Below the pieces are notes generated by a model, which was given only the letters and a program-made list of their open reading frames with translations, had not been told where the DNA came from and did not search any database. From Octopus bimaculoides (taxonomy: Eukaryota), in assembly GCF_001194135.2 (NCBI RefSeq), contig NC_068981.1, forward strand, positions 134,076,715 to 134,140,714: a DNA stretch of 64,000 nucleotides, written 5' to 3'. Below are positions 26,544-38,660 of this stretch, piece by piece. Position 1 is the first letter of the stretch. Each line of letters begins with the position of its first letter. The position numbers were made by a program, and so were the translations under genes.

Positions 26544-27071
26544 NNNNNNNNNNNNNNNNNNNNNNNNNNNNNNNNNNNNNNNNNNNNNNNNNNNNNNNNN
26601 NNNNNNNNNNNNNNNNNNNNNNNNNNNNNNNNNNNNNNNNNNNNNNNNNNNNNNNNNNNNNNNNNNNNNNNNNNNNNNNNNNNNNNNNNNNNNNNNNNNN
26701 NNNNNNNNNNNNNNNNNNNNNNNNNNNNNNNNNNNNNNNNNNNNNNNNNNNNNNNNNNNNNNNNNNNNNNNNNNNNNNNNNNNNNNNNNNNNNNNNNNNN
26801 NNNNNNNNNNNNNNNNNNNNNNNNNNNNNNNNNNNNNNNNNNNNNNNNNNNNNNNNNNNNNNNNNNNNNNNNNNNNNNNNNNNNNNNNNNNNNNNNNNNN
26901 NNNNNNNNNNNNNNNNNNNNNNNNNNNNNNNNNNNNNNNNNNNNNNNNNNNNNNNNNNNNNNNNNNNNNNNNNNNNNNNNTATATATATTCCTCTAATAT
27001 AACTATATTCTTTCTTCTTCATCCTTGCTATTCCTTTTACTTTTCCACTCACATATAACACATCCTCCTGT

Positions 27072-27124
<53 letters not shown>

Positions 27125-27649
27125 TCCCTCTCACTCCCTCTCTCTCTTTCTTTCTTTTCTTCTCTTTTCCCTCACACATTCTTGCAATCAATAAAATGAT
27201 AGTAGCCCGAAGCTGTTAAGTAGTATAGTAACTTGTATTATTCTACAAACCAAATTATTAGAAAATCTTTTCTAGCAATACATAGCTTTGTTTTCGCAAA
27301 TTCTTTGCTTATACAGATGAAATTGTTCACATAGCAATAAAGAAAAGAATATATTTACTAAGAACAGATAATAAAAACTTCAAGAATTGTTGGTTGCAAA
27401 TAGAATCTAGCAAAGTGCTACATTATCTATAATTGATTTGAAATTAATTTCCAAAAATAGAATACTGACATATTTATTTTTTTATTTATGGAGGTTTAAA
27501 TAGAAGAAATTATAGGTTATTTTAGTTTCTTTTTATGTAAATAATTTTTCATATTGAAGATTAATGTTAAAAATTATAACCAAGTATAACGTCTGTGAAA
27601 GTCATATGTCTATTAAAGTTTTATACATGTTGCATGTCTGATGATATAC

Positions 27650-27985
27650 TCTCTTTTACTTGTTTCAGTCATTTGACTGCGGCCATGCTGGAGCACCGCC
27701 TTTAGTCGAGCAAATCGACCCCAGGACTTATTTTTTGGAAGCCTAGTACTTATTCTATCGGTCTCTTTTGCCGAACCGCTAAGTTACGGGGACGTAAACA
27801 CACCACCATCAATTGTCAAGCGATGTTGGGGGACACACACATACATATATATATAAATATATACGACGGGCTTCTTTCAGTTTCAGTCTACCAAATCCAC
27901 TCACAAGGCTTTGGTCGGCCCGAGGCTATAGTAGAAGACACTTGCCCAAGGTGCCACGCAGTGGGACTGAACCCGGAACCATGTA
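27650..27985 (-). mobile_element. SINE family A, young copy (CpGs retained), head slightly truncated
   Basis: Both halves present, separated by (CA)(TA) microsatellite; B box GGTTCAGTCCC. Confidence 0.9.
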
Positions 27986-28059
27986 TATTTGTGCATGCAT
28001 GAGAGTAACATCACTGCTGACTACTGCTGCTGCTGTTGCCACCAATGTCTTTGCCAACA

Positions 28060-28150
28060 CCATCACTGCCACCACTGCCACCGCCTCCCCCACCACTGCC
28101 ACCGCCTCCCCCACCACTGCCACCGCCTCCCCCACCACCACTGCCACCAC
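28060..28150. repeat. 21-bp minisatellite CCACCACTGCCACCGCCTCCC, about 3 copies, in an (ACC/ACT)n tract
   Basis: Direct reading. Confidence 0.9.
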
Positions 28151-28633
28151 CATTATTTGTCTGTCAAATGTTCCATCTTGTTTTTAAGCCTTACCTATTT
28201 TCCAAGTAAAGGATCTTTTATTCAACATCTTTGAAGATGCAAAGACAGAAGAGGATTAGTTGACAGGTAAATAGTCCCTCTCATCTCATGATACAACAAA
28301 ACTTGTCCACTCATTCAGATATGAGCCCATGTAGCTCATATGTAGCTCTCAATGTAGCTCTCAAACAATTCAGATATGAACCAATGTAGCTGTCTTCTAC
28401 ATAATCACTGAACCTGCAAGAAATAGCAAATAAATCTCCCTTGAGACCAAACCCTAAGTATATGGAGTACTAGGCCTGGATATACAGTGGGATGGTCAAG
28501 TCTGGAACGCCCTTAATCATAGTTCATCTTCATCAGGCCTAGTTTAATGTTAAACAAAAAAAATGATTTAAACATTAATTATTCTCCTCCTTGTTCTTGT
28601 CATCGTCATTGTTGGCGTTGCTGTCATTGTCAC

Positions 28634-28665
<32 letters not shown>

Positions 28666-28976
28666 ACATCATCATCATCAACATCAAGTGTTTTATCTTT
28701 CACTGTTCTGTGCTTGCATGGGTCTGATGGAATTCATTGAGGCATATTTTCTATAGCTGGATACCATTTTCATTGCCAATCCAAACCTGTTCCCAAGTAT
28801 GGTAATATTTCCACATAGCTGGACATGCTTTCACAGAATATTTGAAACAAGGGACACCATTTGTACGATAATGATGCTCATTTATTACTGTTTCATGGTG
28901 TTGAAATCAGGAAACGAAAAAACACACACACATTGCACTTATATACAGACACAGACAGACACAGACACACACACAC

Positions 28977-29029
<53 letters not shown>

Positions 29030-29835
29030 GGAGTAAGCACATAAATGTGAAACAAGGTGGAAAAAGAGTACTCAAATACCAGAGGTAGAGTAATATGCTT
29101 TATTTAAAAGCAGCAGAAATATAACAAAAGCTGTTACTCAGAGTTCGTTTGTGTGGATGTGTGTTTACGTGCATATTTCCATATATTTATATACGTGATC
29201 TTATATGTGAATTTATACACTAATATACACTTTTGTATATACACATATATGTAATTTTATTTTCTGTACGTTTGTTAAACATATTCCGCTACCTATCTTT
29301 CTTTCTTTTTTCTTTCCTTACGCAAAGTATCCTTTCTCTCCCAATTCGTTACTTTGATAGCGTCCTTAAACAATGCGTTCCTCTTCTCCACCCCTTACTT
29401 ACCTCTTTCTTTCGCTAGCAGTTACGTTTAGGATCCTTATTATTTTCTTTTTCTTTCCCCATCCCTACATGTAAGACACATTTCCTATCTATCTTGTCAG
29501 TTATAACTGACTTCTATATGTATACACCAAGAGATTTTCGTACGTGGACATGATTGCGTGCATATATGTATATGCGTATTTGTGAGTATATTTATGTCTT
29601 ACATATATATATGCCTGTATATGTATGTAACTATGTGCATGCATCTGTGTATTTTGATGTATATATGTATATTATAGATGGTCTAGTATGGGTATATACT
29701 GTTGTAAAATATTTATGTAATGCAGCGTGAAAATTTTAATATTAATGTATTAATTGACTTATATTTCGTATATAATTATTTACAATATGTAATTTGAATC
29801 CGCTCTTCGATTTGAGGTTTTTCTTCGATTCTACA

Positions 29836-29874
<39 letters not shown>

Positions 29875-30617
29875 TGTATTAAAACTTGTCCCTCCTGTGT
29901 TGCCTTCATTTTGTACTCATTGCCTTATATATATATATAAAACAGCGTTTCTCAACCGGCGTTCCCTGGAACCCTAAGGCTCCAAAAAGGATTCCTAGGG
30001 GTTAGTAATGAAGCATTTTTTTTTATATAGGCAGTTCATCTCAGTTATCTAAAAGAATTTCTAATCATTACTCTACATTTAGGGATAGGAATAAACGTAA
30101 CAGTACAGGGCTTAGTAAATTAATTTGGTATATAAAAGACCACAATAAACAATTTAATTTAGTTTGGTTGATTCTCTCAATTTCGATACCTTATGATAAA
30201 GGCAAGGAATTCTGTCTTCTCTGTAATTCTGAACTATTTTTAATTCTTTTTTTCTAAAAATCCCCTTGTAAACACGGTTATAGAGCGTGCATACCGATGT
30301 AGACATTGGTAGAAACACACCTTTAGTTCATATAAGTGATATTTATCATTATATATAATTTACACATTAATTTTCTTACATTTCACATTCACTAGATATA
30401 TCTTTTTCCAAGACTTTAGGGTTTTATTTAATTTACATATCGTTATATACTTCTCATTTATTTGTTCTTTTCTTTCTTTTACCCCTCCTCTTTCTATAGG
30501 TTGCCTTTGACGTTATATCCTCTAACCTTTTCTTAAAACAAATTTAATAGCGTTCAATTAATCACTATACATATCCATCATATTCTGTTAAAATGTTTTA
30601 TTGACGAGTTTCATTTC

Positions 30618-30712
30618 TTTATTTCCCTGAAGAGAAGATTACATTGTTTTACACCATTTTATTCCTTTGGAATAATACTAGCGATATCTTTGAAACACGT
30701 GTCGGAAGTAAA
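30618..30712 (+). ncRNA. Type I hammerhead ribozyme with long stem II insertion
   Basis: TTTATTTCC-CTGAAGA(30627-30633)-GAAGAT...ATCTTT-GAAAC(30692-30696)-ACGT-GT-C-GGAAGTAAA. 9-bp stem I, 6-bp stem II, palindromic ACACGTGT stem III, GUC triplet with predicted cut after 30703. Confidence 0.85.
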
Positions 30713-30903
30713 AGAATTTGAATAACACCTGTGTTTAACCCCATTTATTTATTTATATATATTATACAAAATATTTCACGTAAACCCGGAGTTTCTACAT
30801 TTAAAAACAAGGAGTTACACCCTTTTACTTGTGTGATTTTTTACTACCCTGCTAACTATTTATCCATTTTTTCCTTGTTAATTGTTAACAAGAGTAAAAT
30901 ACA

Positions 30904-30947
<44 letters not shown>

Positions 30948-31555
30948 NNNNNNNNNNNNNNNNNNNNNNNNNNNNNNNNNNNNNNNNNNNNNNNNNNNNN
31001 NNNNNNNNNNNNNNNNNNNNNNNNNNNNNNNNNNNNNNNNNNNNNNNNNNNNNNNNNNNNNNNNNNNNNNNNNNNNNNNNNNNNNNNNNNNNNNNNNNNN
31101 NNNNNNNNNNNNNNNNNNNNNNNNNNNNNNNNNNNNNNNNNNNNNNNNNNNNNNNNNNNNNNNNNNNNNNNNNNNNNNNNNNNNNNNNNNNNNNNNNNNN
31201 NNNNNNNNNNNNNNNNNNNNNNNNNNNNNNNNNNNNNNNNNNNNNNNNNNNNNNNNNNNNNNNNNNNNNNNNNNNNNNNNNNNNNNNNNNNNNNNNNNNN
31301 NNNNNNNNNNNNNNNNNNNNNNNNNNNNNNNNNNNNNNNNNNNNNNNNNNNNNNNNNNNNNNNNNNNNNNNNNNNNNNNNNNNNNNNNNNNNNNNNNNNN
31401 NNNNNNNNNNNNNNNNNNNNNNNNNNNNNNNNNNNNNNNNNNNNNNNNNNNNNNNNNNNNNNNNNNNNNNNNNNNNNNNNNNNNNNNNNNNNNNNNNNNN
31501 NNNNNNNNNNNNNNNNNNNNNNNNNNNNNNNNNNNNNNNNNNNNNNNNNNNNNNN

Positions 31556-31593
<38 letters not shown>

Positions 31594-31627
31594 ACACACA
31601 CATATATATATATGTATGCATATGTGC

Positions 31628-31660
<33 letters not shown>

Positions 31661-31663
<3 letters not shown>

Positions 31664-31868
31664 AGAATTCACAAAAAAAAACAGAAGACAAAGACAAGTG
31701 GTGTAGATAACAAACAGATGTATTAGTATAATGCTCGGGAAGTGAAAAAGTCTTTAACGTTACGAGCCTATGCTCTTCCACAGAAAGGAACACAGAAAGA
31801 AACAAGGAGAGAAAAAAAAGGAGAAAAAAATATTAATGCATAGTGGCTAGCGATCTATCATGGCGAAT
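31661..31868 (-). mobile_element. ~200 bp PLE-terminus-like repeat with HHR-like motif (copy 2 of 3)
   Basis: Near-identical to 9185-9378; GAAAC mutated to GTAAC at 31751-31787. Confidence 0.7.
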
Positions 31869-32095
31869 ATACATATATATATATACACACACACACATAC
31901 ATATAGATTGGGCTTCTTTTAGTTTTCATCTGTCAAATCTACTCAAAAGGCTTGGTCAACTCAGGGTGATAATAAAAGACACTTGCCCAAAGTGTCACAC
32001 ACAGTGGGACTGAACCCCAAATCACATGGTTTGAAAGCAAACTCCTTTGACCACACAACCATCCCTGCTCCTATCATATCCACACAGTATCTCAC

Positions 32096-32229
32096 CAGTC
32101 TCAAAGAGCCTGCAAATGCCATGGGCACATTCATTTCTTTCAGACCAAGTAAGTGAAAATAATGGTGAGAGAAAGGGACAAGTTGATGAAAGGAGTAATA
32201 TTTAAATCCTGAAAAGCTGTTCAGCAGTG
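32096..32229 (-). CDS. Candidate internal exon of unidentified minus-strand host gene (134 nt, phase 1 to 0)
   Basis: Acceptor GTATTTTCTCAG, donor CTG|GTGAGA. Single open frame LLNSFSGFKYYSFHQLVPFSHHYFHLLGLKEMNVPMAFAGSLRL. Confidence 0.55.
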
Positions 32230-32854
32230 CTGAGAAAATACATCTGTTCAATACATTTCACAGAATAGTGACTGATGTATTTTTATTCTCAAAGCAAAGC
32301 CGCAAAATAACTAGTGTTTGGTATGACATGAGAATAAATCAATTAAAGTTACACAACCACAGATAAACTGAAAAGGAATTCCAATATCCTTTATCATTGT
32401 TGGAGAAAGCCATAACTCACTCTATTGGCTGTTTAGAAAAGATGATAAATCTTTAATATAAGGAGTTTAGAATGAAGGTGTCTAGATATCATCAATATAA
32501 TTTTTATGTGCTATCCTCCAAGGAATAAAATTTTGCTTAGCAATATTTATACCCTCACAAGTGGATATATTGGATATACATGGATAGATTCATATAGGTT
32601 TGCTTGATCAGGTTAGACCTAGGGCTATACAACAACAACAACAACAACAGCAGCAGCAGCAACAGCAATAGATGGATTCCCATGTTTGTATGTGATGTCA
32701 ACAGTAAAATGACATTGAATTTCCCAATGAAACAACAAAGATCTATGAACGCTTGAGATTTTACATGGATAGTGATAGCAATGGAAGAAATCTTATTGAA
32801 ATGGTCACCAAGGTTTACTAACCATCTCAAAAGATATTTGAATATTTTGCTATA

Positions 32855-33081
32855 TTAACCCTTTAGTATTCAGATTATTTTGTCAAATGTAATATTTATT
32901 TATTCACATTGTTTTGAAATAATCATGCATCATCTTGCAGCTTTGAGATTTTCATGATGTGATTGTTTGTTTTTAGAAGGACATTGCAGGGTAGGTGTGA
33001 GAGGTTGCATCTGGCTGGTTTGAACATAAAACAGTAGAATATTTAATCCGGATATGACCAGTTGGAATGCGAAAGGGTTAA
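32855..33081. mobile_element. piggyBac-type MITE
   Basis: TTAA-CCCTTTAG ... GAAAGGG-TTAA. Confidence 0.85.
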
Positions 33082-33840
33082 TGAATGCTAAGTTTTATCC
33101 GAGTCAGTATAAATGAAAGCACGCAGCCTGGTGGTTAGGGTGTTGCACTCACAAACGCAAGATTGTGGTTTCGATTTCCAGACTGCATGGTGCATCGTCT
33201 CCTTGAGCAAAGCACTTCATCTCATGTAAATGAGTAATTTTGTGACTGATCAGCTTCCTGTTCATAGGGAATTTTGTGATCTCAATCACTTGTACACCAT
33301 ATAAGCTGGGTAACTGGCCAGATGAATCCTAGGATTCAAGACAAGACTAAAACAAATAAATAAATAAATAAATAAACAAAATATAAATATAAAACAAATA
33401 CATATGTGCAAAAAGAGCTGCAGTGATTCAGTATTTCACACACTGACATTAAAGGAGTACAAAGCTATGTAATTTGCTCCAATAAAATACATAAACATAT
33501 TACTGAGGCAGCGTTTTACATCCAACACTCTTCCTGTGGCTAACTTCTATTTTTTTCTCTCTTTTATTACTTTACAGACAAGGTTTGTTTACAGGATGTT
33601 GTTTTTTTATTAGCTTCAGCTTGAGAGCTGCGGCCATGCTGGGGCACTGCCGTTATCTATATTTTTAAATAAGGGAACTTTTATTTCACATGTTTTTCAA
33701 GGTACAAAGCAAGCAGATGATTTATTGACAGAAGGGACAACACAGGTAGTAGATTGTGACTTTCACAGAGCACAAATCTAAATAAACACACAGACACAAA
33801 CATGTGCACACATAGACACATACATCCATATATACAAACC

Positions 33841-33913
<73 letters not shown>

Positions 33914-34774
33914 AATAGGATTCTTTCATTTTTTTCCTGTCTACAATCCATTAAGCTTTCATCAGCCCAGGGCTGACAGAAGATGCTTTCTCAAAGAGTC
34001 ATGCAGTGGGAGGGATCTCAGAACCGTGTGATTGTCAGCAAATTTCTTAACTCCTCAGCAATCCTGCACCAAAATATGTTATACATATTAAATTATAAAT
34101 ATTAGAAAAGTCTTGAGGGAAATCATTCACAGATGTCATAATATGCTAATTTTTCTTGCCTTTTCATCTATTTATGAACAATATTGTACCTCTGTTTAGT
34201 TAGTTTCTCATCCCTACTTCATCACAAGGGGGAAAGTCTATATTTTTCTGACAAGGTTGTAATAAGACTGAAACAAATATAAAGTTGTCTCCCATACTTG
34301 CAAAATTTATTAAAATATTATCAGCCATTGAGTTGTCTTTTTTCATCACATAATCATTTTTAATGAGCTTTTTTTATGTGTTCTGCAGTAAATATGTTAA
34401 CATTAATTTAACTGTGAATATTAAATATACTTTTACACACTGAAATGTTAGTTATCTTGATTTATTGCATTTCAAAAAATTTTAATGTAAAATCTGAAAC
34501 TAACAAGTTGCTTTTGATATATTAAAAAAATTTAAATACATCTGAAATGTATCTTTTCTTTTCTATCTACTTTCTTTAGTAATAAGAAAACCAGATTAAG
34601 ATAAGAAAATTTGCTTCCTTCAGATTATTCTAATCTAGGAATCAAATATGAATAACATCAGAATTATGTGTTCAGGGAAATATCTTAAAAAGAAGAATAT
34701 TTCAAAATTTGGAAGAATCGACTCAATTTGAAAGACCTAAAGGAAACTATACAGAAAACTGGAATATTCCTTTC

Positions 34775-35195
34775 TACTCTTGGCACAAGGCCTGAAATTT
34801 TTGGGGAGGGGGGGCCTGTCAATTAGATCGATCACAGTATGCAACTGATACTTAAGTTATCAACACTAAAAGGATGAAAGCGGAATTTGAACTCAGAACG
34901 TAAAGACAGACGAAATACCGCTAAGCATTTCACCCAGCAGGCTAACATTTCTGACAGCTTGCCACCTTTGTAAATAAATATATTCTTTTCTGGCACAAGG
35001 CCTGAAATTTTTGGAGAGGGGGCCTTGGCGATTAGATCAATCCCAGTACACAACTGATACTTAATTTATTGACCCAAAACGATGAAAGGCAAAGTCGATC
35101 TCGGCAGAATTTGAACTCAGAACGTAGCAGCAGACGAAATACTGCTAAGCATTTCGCCCGGCAGGCTAACATTTCTGCCAGCTCGTCACCTTTAA
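34775..35195 (-). mobile_element. Two tandem SINE family B copies
   Basis: About 34775-34965 and 34985-35195, same orientation. Confidence 0.85.
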
Positions 35196-35244
35196 TGATA
35201 ATAATAATAATCCTTTCTTCTAAAGGCACGAGGCATGAAAGTTG

Positions 35245-35630
35245 TTGTCGTCATCATCATCATCGTCGTTTAATGTCCGCTTTCCATGCTAGCATGGGTT
35301 GGACGATTTGACTGAGGACTGGTAAAACCGGATGGCAACACCAGGCTCCAATCTAATTTGGCAGAGTTTCTACAGCTGGATGCCCTTCCTAACGCCAACC
35401 ACTCAGAGAGTGTAGTGGGTGCTTTTACGTGTCACCCGCACGAAGGCCAGTCAGGCGGTACTGGCAACGGCCACGCTCGAAATGGTGTCTTTTATGTGCC
35501 ACCCGCACAAAAGCCAGTCCAGGGGCACTGGCAACGATCTCGCTTGAAAACCCTACGAAGGCCAGTCAGGCGGCACTGGCAACGGTCACGCTCAAAATGG
35601 TGCATCTTATGTGCCACCCGCACAGGGGTT
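35245..35630 (-). mobile_element. SINE family D with internal ~70 bp tandem re-duplications
   Basis: GCCAGTC..GGC..TACTGGCAAC unit repeated three times. Confidence 0.8.
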
Positions 35631-35830
35631 AGAAAACTGGAATATTAATTAGTAGTAAAAGAGGCAAGCATTTTGTTGGAAACAACCGCATTTCGTATGT
35701 ATGAAGGAAGTAGGCAAGAAAGAAAAAGTCAAGAATGTATAGCTAAATGCATAAGTGGGTTATGGAATACCAGGTGTTTTGTTGTATCTTGGGTAGGTTA
35801 TTATGCCAATAATAAGCACACACACATATG

Positions 35831-35899
<69 letters not shown>

Positions 35900-36029
35900 A
35901 TAGGAAGTGAAACCCTTGGGTGTTTATTCTGGCCCTGAGATGACAGAACATAGTATTTTTCAGCAACGCTGTCAACAAGCCATTCAAATGTTTTGTGCAA
36001 GATGCATGCTTATATTTAATAAACGGAGG

Positions 36030-36270
36030 TGCAAGTGTGGCTGCAGAGTTAAGGAACTTGTTTCCTAACCATGTGGTCTTGGGTTCAGTCCCACTGTGGA
36101 GTACATCAGGCAGGTGTGGCTGTGTGGTAAGAAATTTGTTTCCCAGCCTCGTGGTTCTGGGTTCAGTCCCACTGTGTAGCATCTTGGGCAAGTGTCCTCT
36201 GTTATAGCCTCAGGCTAACCAAGGCCTTGTGAGTGGATTTGGTAGACAAAAGCTGAAAGAAGCCTGTTAC
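36030..36270 (+). mobile_element. SINE family A 5' half with duplicated tRNA-like head
   Basis: GGTTCAGTCCCACTG present twice. Confidence 0.8.
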
Positions 36271-36596
36271 ACATACATGCATGCATGTGCGTGCACACAC
36301 ACACATACACACACACACATATATTCAAATATTAAATAGAAATAGAAGCTGCACTAGTGTAATAAACATTACCAACCACATATACTTAGCATAAATGTCT
36401 TTTGTTTTTGCTGATAGGCTGTGATTTGGCATGGCAGAGAATACTCTCTCAAAAGTCATGGACAAGTGGGATAACTCACCTGTCCATTACTTTCAGGTGT
36501 TTTAACACCCAGCATTTTGAGAGAGTATTCTCCACCATGCCAAATCACAGCCTATCAGCAAAAACATGGCACTTTTACATTCAGTATATGAGGTTG

Positions 36597-36599
<3 letters not shown>

Positions 36600-36653
<54 letters not shown>

Positions 36654-36905
36654 GTTTAACGTCTGCTTTCCTTGCTGGCATGAGTTGGACGATTTGACTG
36701 AGGACTGGCGAACCAGATGGCTGTACCAGGCTCCAATCTGATCTGGCAGAGTTTCTACAGCTGGATGCCCTTCCTATAATGCCAACCATTCCGAGAGGCA
36801 TGAGGGCCAGTCAGGTGGTACTGGCAACGGTCACGCTCAAATGGTGTTTTTTATGTACCACCTGCACAGGAGGGTGTTTTTTACATCCCACCTGCACAAG
36901 AGCCA
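36600..36905 (-). mobile_element. SINE family D with long (ATC)n tail
   Basis: Matches 35245-35630. Confidence 0.8.
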
Positions 36906-38406
36906 TAGTGGTGATGATGAGGATTTAAGATTAATAAATCTGAAAGTAGAGGTGAGAAAAATCTCTTTTCCAATATTAACCCTTTCCATTTCTCTCTCCC
37001 CTCTCTTTCTCGCACTCTCTCTTTTAAATAAAATAGGGTCATGGATGGGTCACTAATCTCCACAGTGTATAGAAGAAACCAGTAGATTACATGTGAGTTG
37101 TGCATATAAAGAAGCACTGTGAATAGTTTGTACTGATGATGCAGGTAGTAGTGTACTTTTTCCCCATATTGGTGCCAATTTATTGGGTGGGGACCATGCA
37201 GTGTATGGTTGATCCTGATTGAAAGGTGTGGGCCTCCCTGCTAGGGTGAGTAGACTTCCGCTGGTCTACCATCTAGGTGTCCTGAGCTGGCTAGTTAGAT
37301 GCCGGCCCTGCTTAGTTGAGCTTCATTAGGTGTCGTGTCGCGTTGGTTCCCAACGAGACTGTAGCAGTTACTGGTTCGGTTCATCAATATCATACAACAC
37401 CAGGGGGATCCTTGGTTGTTTGAGTGGGTCGTTCTCAGGTTTTCTTGTTTTAGTCTTGTTTGGGAGGTTCTCTGGCATGTCGGGCAGTTCCTGCTTAGGG
37501 AACCAGTAGATGCGATCATGCCCTGTTGGCAATGCCTGGTATTTTAAGACCCGTTGTTGGTGGTGAGTGGAGGCTTGGTGCATTATGACCAGCTGTCTTT
37601 TCAGCAGGCTCTACCATTTAAGCTAAGCCACTTGACCGCCAATCTTTTCTGCAATTTAAGAAGTTATAGATTCATCCAAAAACGCAAATTTTTCTGCTTT
37701 TAAAAGAAAAGGATTTTATCTTTTATATATATACTTTTCAGTATCTATGCATTGACTAAAATTTATCTTTCTACTTGCTATATATATATATATATATATA
37801 TATATNNNNNNNNNNNNNNNNNNNNNNNNNNNNNNNNNNNNNNNNNNNNNNNNNNNNNNNNNNNNNNNNNNNNNNNNNNNNNNNNNNNNNNNNNNNNNNN
37901 NNNNNNNNNNNNNNNNNNNNNNNNNNNNNNNNNNNNNNNNNNNNNNNNNNNNNNNNNNNNNNNNNNNNNNNNNNNNNNNNNNNNNNNNNNNNNNNNNNNN
38001 NNNNNNNNNNNNNNNNNNNNNNNNNNNNNNNNNNNNNNNNNNNNNNNNNNNNNNNNNNNNNNNNNNNNNNNNNNNNNNNNNNNNNNNNNNNNNNNNNNNN
38101 NNNNNNNNNNNNNNNNNNNNNNNNNNNNNNNNNNNNNNNNNNNNNNNNNNNNNNNNNNNNNNNNNNNNNNNNNNNNNNNNNNNNNNNNNNNNNNNNNNNN
38201 NNNNNNNNNNNNNNNNNNNNNNNNNNNNNNNNNNNNNNNNNNNNNNNNNNNNNNNNNNNNNNNNNNNNNNNNNNNNNNNNNNNNNNNNNNNNNNNNNNNN
38301 NNNNNNNNNNNNNNNNNNNNATCTCTCTGAGAGATTTAGAAATATTATATTTCTAATTATATATATATATATATATATGTATGTATATATATATATATAT
38401 ATATTT

Positions 38407-38660
38407 GGGAGAATATACAAAAAATAACAACAGACGAGGACAGGTGGTGTAAATAACAAAAGTATATATTAGTATGACGCTCGGGAATACGGAAAGTCTT
38501 TGACGTTTCGAGCTACGCTCTTCAACAGAAAGAATACGGAGACAAGGAGAAAAACACGGAGAAAAAAAATTGAATAGTGTTCAGTCAACGGTCAATCATA
38601 ATAATGGCCGATCATAACAATGACTGACCGGAAGTTAGAAATTCTTATTTCAGGAGAGCT
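38407..38660 (-). mobile_element. PLE-terminus-like repeat with HHR-like motif (copy 3, younger subfamily)
   Basis: Minus strand TCTTT-CTGTTGAA-GAGC-GTA-GCTC-GAAAC-GTC-AAAGA at 38497-38533. Confidence 0.7.

Noticed and set aside
27940-27985. tRNA-like A/B box sequences
   Set aside because: They are SINE heads joined to SINE bodies; no complete cloverleaf or standalone tRNA gene is evident.
32705-32815. Protein-like plus-strand frame NDIEFPNETTKIYERLRFYMDSDSNGRNLIEMVTK
   Set aside because: An in-frame stop lies immediately upstream and the only nearby acceptor forces a stop in every phase; no homology recognised.
35410-35630. Regularly spaced repeats resembling a CRISPR array
   Set aside because: These are internal tandem duplications of a SINE; the intervening parts are also repeated, and the DNA is eukaryotic with no cas genes.
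37130-37620. GC-richer segments (also 40700-41330 and 57860-58160) with short ORFs
   Set aside because: Probably retroelement or repeat remnants, but no diagnostic motif could be read, so they are left unclassified.
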